DNA from: a virus
Lineage: Duplodnaviria > Caudoviricetes
Virus record (IMG/VR): IMGVR_UViG_3300021963_000022
Strand: one strand, 5' to 3'
DNA length: 64,000 nt
Below, one piece after another: positions 26,185 to 35,854 of the stretch. Positions within the stretch are counted from its first letter, which is position 1; each line of letters begins with the position of its first letter. The notes under the pieces are model-generated. The model saw only the letters and a program-made list of their open reading frames with translations, made no database searches and was not told the origin of the DNA. Both the position numbers and the translations under genes were made by a program.

Positions 26185-26818
26185 ATTCCTTGTTCCATAT
26201 TGAGTTGTATTCAGTATTTTTATAGTTCGTAAACCATGGACCACCGTCAGTATAATGTAAAGCTTTAGGTGTTCCGGTACAATACCCAACTAAGTGATTC
26301 CAAGCAGTGTCTATTGATCCTATATGTTTATCGTCTAACCATTTAAATTGATGTAGATAATTTGGTTCCATATTGTTTACGTCTATATTTCTATTTAATA
26401 TGTGTTCACAGTTGAATAGAATAAGACTAGACCAATTCTTTCTAGGATAAGAATATTGTGTTTTGTTATCCATTTTAATTGATGTTTTTGGTGTGTAGGC
26501 GTGTTTGACTACCATAACAGCATAGTCGTTATTAACTGTGTTGAATAGTTCATTTACATCAGTTAAGAACAAGAAATCGCAGTCGCAGAACAATGCCCAG
26601 CCAGTATATTTATTAAGTAATGGCACCGTGAATCTAGTTAATGTAAATTCTGTACTAGCCTTATCGTCTATGGGCCTGGTGTAGATATGTTTGTCTCGTA
26701 GTTCCTGTTGAACTATGGGTAATACATTTACATTGCTATGTCGTAAGATGCTGTGTTTACATACTTCATAAACGTTATTAAGCCTAGAATCATATCCAAC
26801 ATATACGTTATTTGTCAT
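26159..26818 (-). CDS. GT8-like glycosyltransferase
   Basis: STEFT.TRF..P, FCDCDFL (DxD), YPRKNWSS, WNHLVG, HYT.GGPW. Confidence 0.8.
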   Translation of the reverse strand: MTNNVYVGYDSRLNNVYEVCKHSILRHSNVNVLPIVQQELRDKHIYTRPIDDKASTEFTLTRFTVPLLNKYTGWALFCDCDFLFLTDVNELFNTVNNDYAVMVVKHAYTPKTSIKMDNKTQYSYPRKNWSSLILFNCEHILNRNIDVNNMEPNYLHQFKWLDDKHIGSIDTAWNHLVGYCTGTPKALHYTDGGPWFTNYKNTEYNSIWNKEYELYRQQL

Positions 26819-27368
26819 CTACCACTATCCAGCCTAGTTTTAGTAAGTCTTCTCTAATTTCGTCTGTTACCGCACTTTCGGGAACAAAATTCTTACCTTG
26901 TATATAGTATTCTTGTTGTTCTTTAGTTAAGCTATTGAATTCATCGTCATCTAATATTTTACTATCTCTAATCCCAGAACAATACCAATCAATGTAATCA
27001 CCCTTCTCTTGCATGTCGGCAATAATACCGCCGGCATGTCTCCAACTGCAACTCCATTTCTTTTCAGTCAGTATGGGCCATACATCATTCTTAGTAAAGT
27101 CATTGTTACACATAGAAGCATAAAGATGTTGTGCGTACACATTGTCTTTTTTGACTTTATCAACAATCCATTGAGTACTACGCAAGTCGTACTCCATGTT
27201 GTCTATTTTCCATTCATATGTTTCTTCAAGGTCAAGCTGCCGTTGATGAGAACTTTTATAAAAGTCAATCATTTCTTCTGCTGATTCCACAGTTTTCTCA
27301 CCCAGTTTAACTTTCTCAACTAGATTTTTTATTTGAAATGTCCCACGTTCTTTGCTTCTTACTATCAT
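26808..27368 (-). CDS. Hypothetical protein
   Basis: ORF 186 aa in operon. Confidence 0.65.
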   Translation of the reverse strand: MIVRSKERGTFQIKNLVEKVKLGEKTVESAEEMIDFYKSSHQRQLDLEETYEWKIDNMEYDLRSTQWIVDKVKKDNVYAQHLYASMCNNDFTKNDVWPILTEKKWSCSWRHAGGIIADMQEKGDYIDWYCSGIRDSKILDDDEFNSLTKEQQEYYIQGKNFVPESAVTDEIREDLLKLGWIVVDDK

Positions 27369-27913
27369 TTTTTATAAATCTTACTATAGAATATATGGTT
27401 ACCGATCTCTGCTACTTTACGATATGGCCAATTAGGTTGTACAGTGGTGTTATGAAAGAACAAGGTACTACGAGGTACAACATCTTTATACATACCCAGT
27501 ACCATTACTTCATATGCTGTTTGTAACGATTTAATGTATCGTGCATCACGTTTATTGGGTGGTGCTTTGTTCTCACATACCCAACTAAACTGACAGATTT
27601 TCTTATTGTCTATATTTGTAACTTGATTGATTACTTTACATGGGTTAGCACCAAAGCCATGACGCACTCTGTTTAATACTACATGTGCTACGGCTGCTTG
27701 TCCTTTAAGTGGTTCACTGCCTGCTTCAAAGAATATGTTATTAGCCATGCATATTAGTTGTTTCATATCTACCATTTTGTTAGACAGAGAATTTTGCATG
27801 ACGGGGACTACTGTTGTTTTGGGAAGTAATGTTCCAAGTAAAAGAATGGACATTACGATTAAAAACTTAAAGTTCTCTAATAGAGAAGTTTTCATATTAT
27901 TCCTTTCGTTCAT
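27365..27913 (-). CDS. SleB-like cell wall hydrolase (Hydrolase_2)
   Basis: CMA.NIFFEA..E...GQ.AVA.V.LNRV, CQFSW, FFH, IGNHIFY; N-terminal hydrophobic segment. Confidence 0.88.
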   Translation of the reverse strand: MNERNNMKTSLLENFKFLIVMSILLLGTLLPKTTVVPVMQNSLSNKMVDMKQLICMANNIFFEAGSEPLKGQAAVAHVVLNRVRHGFGANPCKVINQVTNIDNKKICQFSWVCENKAPPNKRDARYIKSLQTAYEVMVLGMYKDVVPRSTLFFHNTTVQPNWPYRKVAEIGNHIFYSKIYKK

Positions 27914-27915
27914 AT

Positions 27916-27944
27916 AGTATACACTATATGTGATAAGTACACAA
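27916..27944 (-). promoter_or_regulatory. Possible sigma70-type promoter of the SleB gene
   Basis: TTGTGT-17 nt-TATACT. Confidence 0.45.
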
Positions 27945-27961
27945 CCTTAGTTTAACCGAAT

Positions 27962-29950
27962 TTATAGGTTATCCCAGCAGTCGCAGTTACATCTAATAAC
28001 ATCATCGATTGCTTCTAAAGGTGTATAGATTGATGGTATCACAGTAGTTGGAGCATATGTATACACATCAAGATTTTCGGGTATTAAGTTAGTTTCAGGG
28101 CTACCAGCTAAACTTCCCGGTATAGCTACCCCTGTCAATTTTGGTATACCCAAATTGTTTACAAACGTAATCGATAGCTTATTGTCAATATCATTATCTA
28201 ATATGCCGCCGGCTAACATAATACGTTGTGCGTTGCGAATTTCTCGCATTAATCCTATGATACTTCTACCACCAACGGTAGTAATGTCAGAGATTTTTTC
28301 CAATACATCAACACTCATTTCTGCTTGAGTTTCTGTTGCATATTGGTTAATCATATCTACAAAACTGTAGATATCAGCTAATGCGCCCACTGTATCCACT
28401 GATATAGTGTCGCTTCTAAGATCAATTTCTTTTTGAAGTTGTGTTCCTAGATCGTTCCATAATGTATTCAAGTATGCGGCATCAGTTGGGTTATTAGTCA
28501 TGATAGCGGCTACTTCTGTATTTGCATCATTTATTAAACCTTGTAATGCTGTATATGGACCTGCAGTTAATAATAAACTATTAATGTTAGCATATATTGT
28601 TGTTAGGTTAGATGATTGTAGTTTAAGAATATATGTTTGTATCTCATCTAATTTGTATGCATTACCCACTAATGCACCAAAGAAGTCATACATAGTATAC
28701 GTACCACTATCACCTGATCCATTTGCTATTTGTGCTAATGCAGGTGCTACAAGTGTTTGATTTGTTGGTACATCAGTATTATTAAGATTCAAGTCTTTCA
28801 ATGTTTCCATATTAGCTACAACTTGTGCTAATTTTTGTACGTCCATTGAAGCAATATTTTTAATCTGTTGTATCGTTGTACTAAACGCATCACAGGCGGC
28901 TGCTATATCACTAGGAATAACATTGTTTAATCTTGTGCCATATGATAGTAATTGACTGTTTACTCCAGTGCCTTCATATATCAAATAGTATGTTTTACTA
29001 TTAGTAGGTAAATCTATTGAGTTGTATTTAGGTACGGTCAATGTTGAGTAACTGTTGGGGAATATCTTAATAGGGTTTAACAAATCTGCAAGAGTGTTTA
29101 ATCCTTTTGTTTGACAGTTTAAAGGTATCAATACATTTTCTAAGTCAGTACCCATTATAATCTTATATGCTGTATAGATTTTCTTTTGTTGTTCTATAGT
29201 AGCGGGTGTAGTAGCTGTTAGAATACTTAATATTTCAGGAGAGGTTAGTCCTGTAGCTAGTAAAGCCAATGATACAGCTTTAGTGAATGCGTTATTAGCT
29301 TGTAGAGTTAGTAGCAAGTCAGCCGGGTTACCAAACGTTGCTATTTTCTTTAAGTCTAAAGCACGACCTAAGTTAATTAGATCCTGTCCCCAATATATTG
29401 TAGATAGACTGACACCGGTAACGTCTCCGGTTACCAGATCATCCATGTTACTATATGCGCCTTTTAAGAAGTCTGCGCTATTGACCATGCTACTAATAAC
29501 ATCATTGTTGCTGTTTACATAGTTATGACATACCATATAGCTATTAACAAAGTCAGCATATGTTCCACCATTTGGGTGTAGTTCGTTATATGCTTGAATA
29601 GCTAATTGTGCAATAAATCCAAACTTATTATGAGTAGTAGATATTGATGTAGTGTAAGTAGTTGGTGGGGTATTACCTAATGCACGTATAGATCCTGCAC
29701 CTATACTGATTAGATTATCATATGTACCTTGAGTTATACCTGATCCAATTTTGCCCTGTGCATATATTGCTGAGAGCATAAGATTTAGCAAGCAAGTTGC
29801 ACCAACTATACTTCCATAACTATATGTAGTAGGTGGTGTATAACCACCGGCATAGTCAGAGCTATACTGACCCTGCTTGAATCCTATGCTTTGCATTAAT
29901 GAGCTTAAAACATTAAGACTCAGTGGAGTTTGTTTACCTGCTAGACTCAT
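27962..29950 (-). CDS. Large hypothetical, probably virion/baseplate-associated protein (662 aa)
   Basis: Coupled to the PAAR gene; helical T/A/N-rich; C-terminal CNCDC. Confidence 0.55.
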   Translation of the reverse strand: MSLAGKQTPLSLNVLSSLMQSIGFKQGQYSSDYAGGYTPPTTYSYGSIVGATCLLNLMLSAIYAQGKIGSGITQGTYDNLISIGAGSIRALGNTPPTTYTTSISTTHNKFGFIAQLAIQAYNELHPNGGTYADFVNSYMVCHNYVNSNNDVISSMVNSADFLKGAYSNMDDLVTGDVTGVSLSTIYWGQDLINLGRALDLKKIATFGNPADLLLTLQANNAFTKAVSLALLATGLTSPEILSILTATTPATIEQQKKIYTAYKIIMGTDLENVLIPLNCQTKGLNTLADLLNPIKIFPNSYSTLTVPKYNSIDLPTNSKTYYLIYEGTGVNSQLLSYGTRLNNVIPSDIAAACDAFSTTIQQIKNIASMDVQKLAQVVANMETLKDLNLNNTDVPTNQTLVAPALAQIANGSGDSGTYTMYDFFGALVGNAYKLDEIQTYILKLQSSNLTTIYANINSLLLTAGPYTALQGLINDANTEVAAIMTNNPTDAAYLNTLWNDLGTQLQKEIDLRSDTISVDTVGALADIYSFVDMINQYATETQAEMSVDVLEKISDITTVGGRSIIGLMREIRNAQRIMLAGGILDNDIDNKLSITFVNNLGIPKLTGVAIPGSLAGSPETNLIPENLDVYTYAPTTVIPSIYTPLEAIDDVIRCNCDCWDNL

Positions 29951-30228
29951 GGGACGAATACATCAGGACTACCTTTTACGATACTATGACCGCAACTATT
30001 TCCTGACCCCACTCTGAGTACAGGTGAGCCTTCACAGAATACTGTTGGGCTACCTGATGTAGTAGTTGCGGCTCTATGAGGAGGGTGTGATCGACCCCAT
30101 GGTGAGTGGGGTGTCATAGTACTAACGTGTAGTCCTACTTTGATACCATTAGCAAATACAGTAGAAGCACCTCTGACGATACCTCCACCTGCTTGATTCT
30201 GATCACCTACCCTACTCAATTTTGCCAT
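29947..30228 (-). CDS. PAAR-domain spike tip protein (T4 gp5.4-like)
   Basis: RVGD...GA.TVF.NG...H...H.......GS.TVF..G.P..RVG...CGH....GS.DVF. Confidence 0.88.
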   Translation of the reverse strand: MAKLSRVGDQNQAGGGIVRGASTVFANGIKVGLHVSTMTPHSPWGRSHPPHRAATTTSGSPTVFCEGSPVLRVGSGNSCGHSIVKGSPDVFVP

Positions 30229-30229
30229 A

Positions 30230-30535
30230 TTAACCTAATATTAGTTTTTTATCAGGAATCTTAATTCCTGTTGTTGCTTCAATGTATTTCATCTTAATGC
30301 TATCTTCAGTCTCAGCATACATTGTAACGTTATTAGTATTTAGTCTGAATTCACCCTTCGGTTCTGCAGTAAATACGCTAGGAATCATTTGCATACCCTG
30401 TTGCATAGGTGCAATAGAGACTGGTTCTTCAATTTCAATAAAGTCTCCACCGGATTGGATAACTTTAGCGATAAGTTCTTCTCCTGAGTTAAGTTTAAAT
30501 GTATATACTTGATTTTGTTTTAGTGTTATTTGCAT
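30230..30535 (-). CDS. Conserved phage hypothetical (Sm-like fold possible)
   Basis: FKLNSGEELIAKV...P...Y...T.GI pattern common in T4-like genomes. Confidence 0.65.
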   Translation of the reverse strand: MQITLKQNQVYTFKLNSGEELIAKVIQSGGDFIEIEEPVSIAPMQQGMQMIPSVFTAEPKGEFRLNTNNVTMYAETEDSIKMKYIEATTGIKIPDKKLILG

Positions 30536-30765
30536 TAATTGCTTTCTATTAGTTTTTGTTTAAGTTCGGTGAATCCACCGATCAATTCTCCATCTAAGAA
30601 GATTTGTGGTACTGTACGAGCAGTTGGCACTGCTTCTAATAATTCTTCTTTAGTGTATCCGTCACCGATCTTCTTTTCTTCAAATTCGATGCCTTTTTGT
30701 TTTAATAATGCCTTTGCTTGATCGCAATAAGGGCAGTGGTATTTACTCCATACGATTGCTTTCAT
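30535..30765 (-). CDS. Glutaredoxin
   Basis: CPYC active site, TVPQIF, IGGF. Confidence 0.92.
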   Translation of the reverse strand: MKAIVWSKYHCPYCDQAKALLKQKGIEFEEKKIGDGYTKEELLEAVPTARTVPQIFLDGELIGGFTELKQKLIESN

Positions 30766-30773
30766 ATTACCTC

Positions 30774-30917
30774 TTATTTCCAAAAGAATAATATTGCTTT
30801 TAGTTTATCAATATACTTTTGTAAGTATTTTGTTTGAATGTCTTTTGCGTATTGTGGTTGAGAGAAGTTCCAACCTATAAATGCACCTACTACTATATAA
30901 AATAATGTTTCTAACAT
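30774..30917 (-). CDS. Small membrane protein (47 aa, MLETLFYIVVGAFIGWNF...)
   Basis: Manual translation; AAGGAG SD; N-terminal hydrophobic helix. Confidence 0.6.
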   Translation of the reverse strand: MLETLFYIVVGAFIGWNFSQPQYAKDIQTKYLQKYIDKLKAILFFWK

Positions 30918-30929
30918 ACCTTTTCTCCT

Positions 30930-31367
30930 TTATTGTTGTCCTAATAGTTTTTTCATTGTTCTTACGTGTACCCTATCTTTTTCTTTTTCTTCTTCAGGAA
31001 GTTGTTCATAAGGTACATGTTGTGCGGCATTGTAATCTTGTTTGGGATTACGTCTCATCCATTGAATATGTATATATTCGCTAGCTTGTTCTTCATCATT
31101 AGGAAACTGTTTAACTGCTTCTAATGCGGCTTGACCGGCAGCTAAGTTTTCTTTCTGCCAATCAGGATGAATTTTGTTAAACGATTGATTGATATCACCT
31201 TCAGTACCATCACTATTCTTTTTAATTCTAGGCTTTGTACCGGTAGGATCATAATTCTTACGCCATTCTTCATGCGCTAAACTAGCAAATTTTGTGACTG
31301 GATCTTCATTAATTTGCATAGATTCATTAATCATGTTTAATTGTTTTCTAATATCTTTTTCTATCAC
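30930..31367 (-). CDS. RyR-domain-like protein
   Basis: AHEEWR and H..W...N...HVPYEQLPEEEKEKDR motifs. Confidence 0.6.
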   Translation of the reverse strand: MIEKDIRKQLNMINESMQINEDPVTKFASLAHEEWRKNYDPTGTKPRIKKNSDGTEGDINQSFNKIHPDWQKENLAAGQAALEAVKQFPNDEEQASEYIHIQWMRRNPKQDYNAAQHVPYEQLPEEEKEKDRVHVRTMKKLLGQQ

Positions 31368-32464
31368 AGTACTGGTAACTCCTCATAGTTAACTACATCT
31401 GACATAACGCCAATAACGTAGTTAGTAGATTCGTTTTCTTGTAACGCTGTTTGTTTCTTGTTAATGTTTACGTGCTTGTTGAACCATGGAATAGGACTAG
31501 ACCTAGGATGATTCTCCGCATACTTAATACCTATTTCTTTTAGTTTAATAAATGCAGTATGGTCTACAAAGTCTTGTAAGATTTCTGCATTCAACCCAAT
31601 TACTACACCTTTACTGAATAAGTATGTTGCCCATTCTTTTTCTTCTCTGATGACTTCCATATATAAACTATATACTTCTTTTTGCATTTCATTTGAAATT
31701 TGTACAAACTCGTTATCGTCTTTTGTAACATTATTAATTAACCATGCTGTCCATTCTGAGTGAAGCAACTCATCTTGCAGGATCAAAGAGATAATGTTTC
31801 CGTTACCAATGTAAATCTTGTTCTCTACCATAGCAAGACTTGTTGCAAAACTAACCATAAAGCGTAATGCTTCTAATGCATAACTTGCATGTAGAGCCAT
31901 CCAAATAGCTTTTTTATGTTCGTGTAGGTCTACTTCTATCCCTAATTCTTTCTTACAGTTAAGTTGATGTAGTGCTTCATAGTGACGACCTATGTTAGCT
32001 GCCATTCCCACAATCTCTGTAGTATCATGTATCTTATTAAATTCTTCTTTAGGCACTCCGTATACATTACGAATGATGTGGCTATAACTCTTACTATGAA
32101 TGCTTGTTTCAAAGAATCCCCAAGTAAGAGTTAACGCTTCGAGTTCCGGGATACTACACACAGGACCGAATACTTGGCTTGGGGCTCTACCTTGAATGCT
32201 ATCAAGTGCCGTTTGACGTAACAGATTTGAAGTAAAAATATGTTTAATGGCATCACTTGATTCCTTATGGTCAATTTTATCTTTTGTCAGACTAATCTCT
32301 TCCGGTACCCAAAAGAAACCACGTGCTGTTTCTTCATACTTTTGTAATTTAGGATACTTTACTTCTTCGAATCTCTGTACTGTAACTGGGCCGGCTGGGT
32401 CCAAAAACATCTTACGTGACAGATAGTCTGTCTTTGTTGTTAAATTATATTGACTGGTGCTCAT
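31364..32464 (-). CDS. nrdB: Ribonucleotide reductase class Ia beta subunit
   Basis: FFW.PEEI, LDSIQGR, E..IHSKSY, LEA.RF..SF, DE.LH, C-terminal Tyr (STNY). Confidence 0.93.
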   Translation of the reverse strand: MSTSQYNLTTKTDYLSRKMFLDPAGPVTVQRFEEVKYPKLQKYEETARGFFWVPEEISLTKDKIDHKESSDAIKHIFTSNLLRQTALDSIQGRAPSQVFGPVCSIPELEALTLTWGFFETSIHSKSYSHIIRNVYGVPKEEFNKIHDTTEIVGMAANIGRHYEALHQLNCKKELGIEVDLHEHKKAIWMALHASYALEALRFMVSFATSLAMVENKIYIGNGNIISLILQDELLHSEWTAWLINNVTKDDNEFVQISNEMQKEVYSLYMEVIREEKEWATYLFSKGVVIGLNAEILQDFVDHTAFIKLKEIGIKYAENHPRSSPIPWFNKHVNINKKQTALQENESTNYVIGVMSDVVNYEELPVL

Positions 32465-33045
32465 TTTTTACCTTTTGTTTGTATTTTATTTTCAAAAACA
32501 TTAGGTGCTGCTACGGGGTGTTTCGCACATGCTTTTGGATCTCCCTGTCCTGCTTCAGTTAAGAAATCAACTCCTTTTTGAATTTGATTGATTGGGCATT
32601 TGCAACTAGCTGTTTGTGTTCCATTGATAGTTTTATCATATGTACATACCATACTCCAGCAATTTGTGCTACCGGCTGCTAACTCTCCAGGACATGATTG
32701 AACAGTGGCTCTAGTTGCACTCTTTGGCTTTTGTACAAAGTTACTTGCTTCTTGTGGATAGAATACTTTAGGTGCAAACAAACTCCATACGCTGTTAGCA
32801 TCAGGGGCGGCACAACTACCCTTCATATTTCCACCTGTCAAATCAGCAATAGCCAAACCTTCAAGTACAGGACATGTACAACTTACTTCAGGCCATACTT
32901 GTCCGTCATTGGTTGTAATAGTTTTTCCAGTAGTTTTACAAGTAGAGGCTGCACATAGTGCATACTTACCGTTACACAATGCAATTTCTTGTGCTTGTGC
33001 ATTACCGAATATAAAAAGTGATAAGATTAATAATAGTTTTTTCAT
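32461..33045 (-). CDS. Secreted Cys-rich hypothetical protein
   Basis: Signal peptide MKKLLLILSLFIFGNAQA; 12 Cys in the mature region. Confidence 0.7.
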   Translation of the reverse strand: MKKLLLILSLFIFGNAQAQEIALCNGKYALCAASTCKTTGKTITTNDGQVWPEVSCTCPVLEGLAIADLTGGNMKGSCAAPDANSVWSLFAPKVFYPQEASNFVQKPKSATRATVQSCPGELAAGSTNCWSMVCTYDKTINGTQTASCKCPINQIQKGVDFLTEAGQGDPKACAKHPVAAPNVFENKIQTKGKK

Positions 33046-33054
33046 GTTTTTCCT

Positions 33055-35382
33055 TTATAGAACGCAACTTTCGCAATATTCTTCATCTTCAATTGCATCT
33101 AATTTAATGAAGGGTATTACATTATTTTCTTCAGATAGAGCAGCCTTTGAACCCATTTTGTTAATCAAGCTGTAGTATACCGTTTTAATACCCCACTTAT
33201 AAGCAAGCATTAAGTTCTTGCTAATCAATGTACCGGGTACTTTACCTTTATCAAAGAATGCAGGGTTATAGAATGTGTTAGTACTAATCGATTGGTCGAT
33301 GTATGCTGCCAGTACTGCCGCAGTTTTTAAATATTCTACACAATCTTTTTGATCCCACATCAACTGATAGCGGTTCTTTAATCTTTTGTATTCTGGAACA
33401 ACTTGTACAAAACTACCTGCTTTAGATTCTTTTACACTAATCATTTCCATTGGCATCTCAATGCCATTTGTTGAGTTTAATACTACTGAGCTAGATTCAA
33501 CAGGTGCTATAGCCATTAGTGTAGCATTACGGATACCATGTTTCAGTAGTTTTTGACGAAGTAGTTCCCAATCCATACTAGGTGTAAAGTCTGTTAGTTC
33601 ATCTACACCTTTGTTTCTACGTTCCCAGGGAAATATACCTTTGCCATAATATGTTTGTGCAGACTTCTCACAAGCACCTTTTTCTTCTGCTAACTCTACT
33701 GATGTTTCAGTTAGATAGAATGCCTGATGTTCCATCCAACGTTTAACTTCTGCTAGTGCTTCTTTCTCACCGTATTTGTAATTACGTTTTGCATGCCAGT
33801 AAGCTAAATTAGTAATACCAACTCCTAAAGGCTCAAAGTCTAGATTAGCTAGTTTACTTTGAACGCTCAAGAAGTCTTGGTAACTTAGGAGATTGCTTAG
33901 TGAACGTACTAATACTCTACAAGCCTTACGCATCTCTTGTGGTGTTCTAAATGCACCCCAGTTAATGCTACCCAATGTACATAGGGCTATGCGTCCTGTC
34001 TCGTCTTCAATTCGCTGAAAAGGCTTAGTAGGTAATAGTATCTCTTGGCACAAGTTACTTTGATAAATCGGATCAACGGTTGTATCAAACGGTCCTTGAT
34101 TGATAACGTTATCAATGTTAACCATATAGATACGACCAGTATCTGTTCTTTCTTTAAGAATACCATTCTTAAAAATCTCTACTGCCGATATCGTTTTCTT
34201 TTTGATACCACGCTTGTGTTCGTACATAGTGTATAGTTTTTCAAACTCAGCACTATCTCTGTAATATGCTTCATATAGATCAGGTACTTCATGTGGATCA
34301 AACAATGTCATATTCTCATTGTTACGATAACGATTCCAGAACATCTTATTGACTACAACACTATAGTCCATTTGACGTACACGTGTTTCTTCTGTACCTT
34401 GATTGTTCTTCAATACAATTAAATCTTCAAACTGATAGTGCCATACTGGGAATGTAACTGTGCAACTTGCATTACGTACACCACCTTGACTGCAACTACG
34501 TAGATCACCAAACCATTTCTTCAAGAAAGGAATCATGCCTGTATGTTTGATTTCTCCGTTACGAATAGGTGAGCCTAGTGGGCGAATGCGCCCAATCTCT
34601 AATCCTATGCCAGCACGTTTGCTAGCATACTTTGCCATCATTTCACCAGCCGCAAAAATACTATCGAGAGTATCATCACTAGAAATAAGAACACAGGAAC
34701 TAAACTGCTTGGTAGTAGTACCGAGACCAGCAAGAACTGGAGTAGCGAGGGTAAAATGACCATCGCTCGCACATTCATAATATTCTTTAACATATTTTAG
34801 TCTCTTTTCTATTGGTTCATTGTGGAATGCCGTTGCGGCTGCTATTGCATAACGAATCTGAGGAGTCTCATAAATTTGACCAGTAGCACGGTTCTGTACT
34901 AAGTACTTTTCTGCTAGTTGAGCGATAGCCGCATAGGTGTAATTTTCGTCCTTACTATGGTCTATAAACAAATCAATGATATCCCATTCCTCTTTAGTAT
35001 ACCATTTTAATAGTTCATCAGTGTACATACCTAATTCTATATTCTTTTTAACAATTTCATATAGCGCTGGAGGTGTGTAATTACCGTATACTTCTTTACG
35101 TAGCATAGAGACCTTTTGTCTACCTGCTACATATTGATAGTTAACGTTGTTAATGTCTGGGTTTTCTGTTTCATCAATCAAGTTTACCATTGCTTTAAGC
35201 AATAGTTCATCGATTGTTTTTGTGCTCATTCCATCATGTAATTCTATTTGAGCTTTGATTTCTATCATGCTAGGGCTTACGTTATCTATGCCTTTGCATC
35301 CAAAACTTACTTGTCTTTGTATTTTACTAATATCTAGTGGTACTATTTTGCCGTTACGTTTAACTACATTTATGTTGTTCAT
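33055..35382 (-). CDS. nrdA: Ribonucleotide reductase class Ia alpha subunit with ATP cone
   Basis: VVKRNG ATP cone, SSCVL, SNLCQEI, LCTLG, YY pair, C-terminal CESC; no intein. Confidence 0.96.
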   Translation of the reverse strand: MNNINVVKRNGKIVPLDISKIQRQVSFGCKGIDNVSPSMIEIKAQIELHDGMSTKTIDELLLKAMVNLIDETENPDINNVNYQYVAGRQKVSMLRKEVYGNYTPPALYEIVKKNIELGMYTDELLKWYTKEEWDIIDLFIDHSKDENYTYAAIAQLAEKYLVQNRATGQIYETPQIRYAIAAATAFHNEPIEKRLKYVKEYYECASDGHFTLATPVLAGLGTTTKQFSSCVLISSDDTLDSIFAAGEMMAKYASKRAGIGLEIGRIRPLGSPIRNGEIKHTGMIPFLKKWFGDLRSCSQGGVRNASCTVTFPVWHYQFEDLIVLKNNQGTEETRVRQMDYSVVVNKMFWNRYRNNENMTLFDPHEVPDLYEAYYRDSAEFEKLYTMYEHKRGIKKKTISAVEIFKNGILKERTDTGRIYMVNIDNVINQGPFDTTVDPIYQSNLCQEILLPTKPFQRIEDETGRIALCTLGSINWGAFRTPQEMRKACRVLVRSLSNLLSYQDFLSVQSKLANLDFEPLGVGITNLAYWHAKRNYKYGEKEALAEVKRWMEHQAFYLTETSVELAEEKGACEKSAQTYYGKGIFPWERRNKGVDELTDFTPSMDWELLRQKLLKHGIRNATLMAIAPVESSSVVLNSTNGIEMPMEMISVKESKAGSFVQVVPEYKRLKNRYQLMWDQKDCVEYLKTAAVLAAYIDQSISTNTFYNPAFFDKGKVPGTLISKNLMLAYKWGIKTVYYSLINKMGSKAALSEENNVIPFIKLDAIEDEEYCESCVL

Positions 35383-35392
35383 TTTTTACCTG

Positions 35393-35827
35393 TTATAATT
35401 TTTTATGCAATTCAGCAACGCTAATTCGGCGTTTGATTGTAAAATCTGTTGAATTTATATTTACTACCATATCGGGCCAGTAATTAAGTACATATTTTGC
35501 ACTATCAACCAAGACTAATACTACATCTTCTCCACTTAAATCTGTTGCTTCTGCTATTTCAATGTCGGAAATTCCTATCAATAACAGAGTATAACACATT
35601 CCTAGTGCTCTTGCAACAGTACAATAGGTGTTTTCTACCAAAAGATCCCATGGTCCGGGCCACCGATCACTATCAAATAAATGCAAATGGTGATTGACTA
35701 ATGGGGCATTTTGCCACCATTTGTCCACTTCTATACATTTAGTCTTAACATCACTATCTTCTAGTTTTTCTCTTAATTTGTACCAGTCGCTGAGCCTGGT
35801 ATCATAATTCAATTGGAATACATTCAT
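35393..35827 (-). CDS. Hypothetical protein
   Basis: ORF 144 aa (WP.PW.L...N.YC..A.ALG..YT). Confidence 0.65.
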   Translation of the reverse strand: MNVFQLNYDTRLSDWYKLREKLEDSDVKTKCIEVDKWWQNAPLVNHHLHLFDSDRWPGPWDLLVENTYCTVARALGMCYTLLLIGISDIEIAEATDLSGEDVVLVLVDSAKYVLNYWPDMVVNINSTDFTIKRRISVAELHKKL

Positions 35828-35854
35828 TAGATAACTACTTATCTAAATTAAAAA

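Noticed and set aside
31364-35382. Introns or inteins in nrdA/nrdB
   Set aside because: Both ORFs are continuous and of normal length with all catalytic motifs in place
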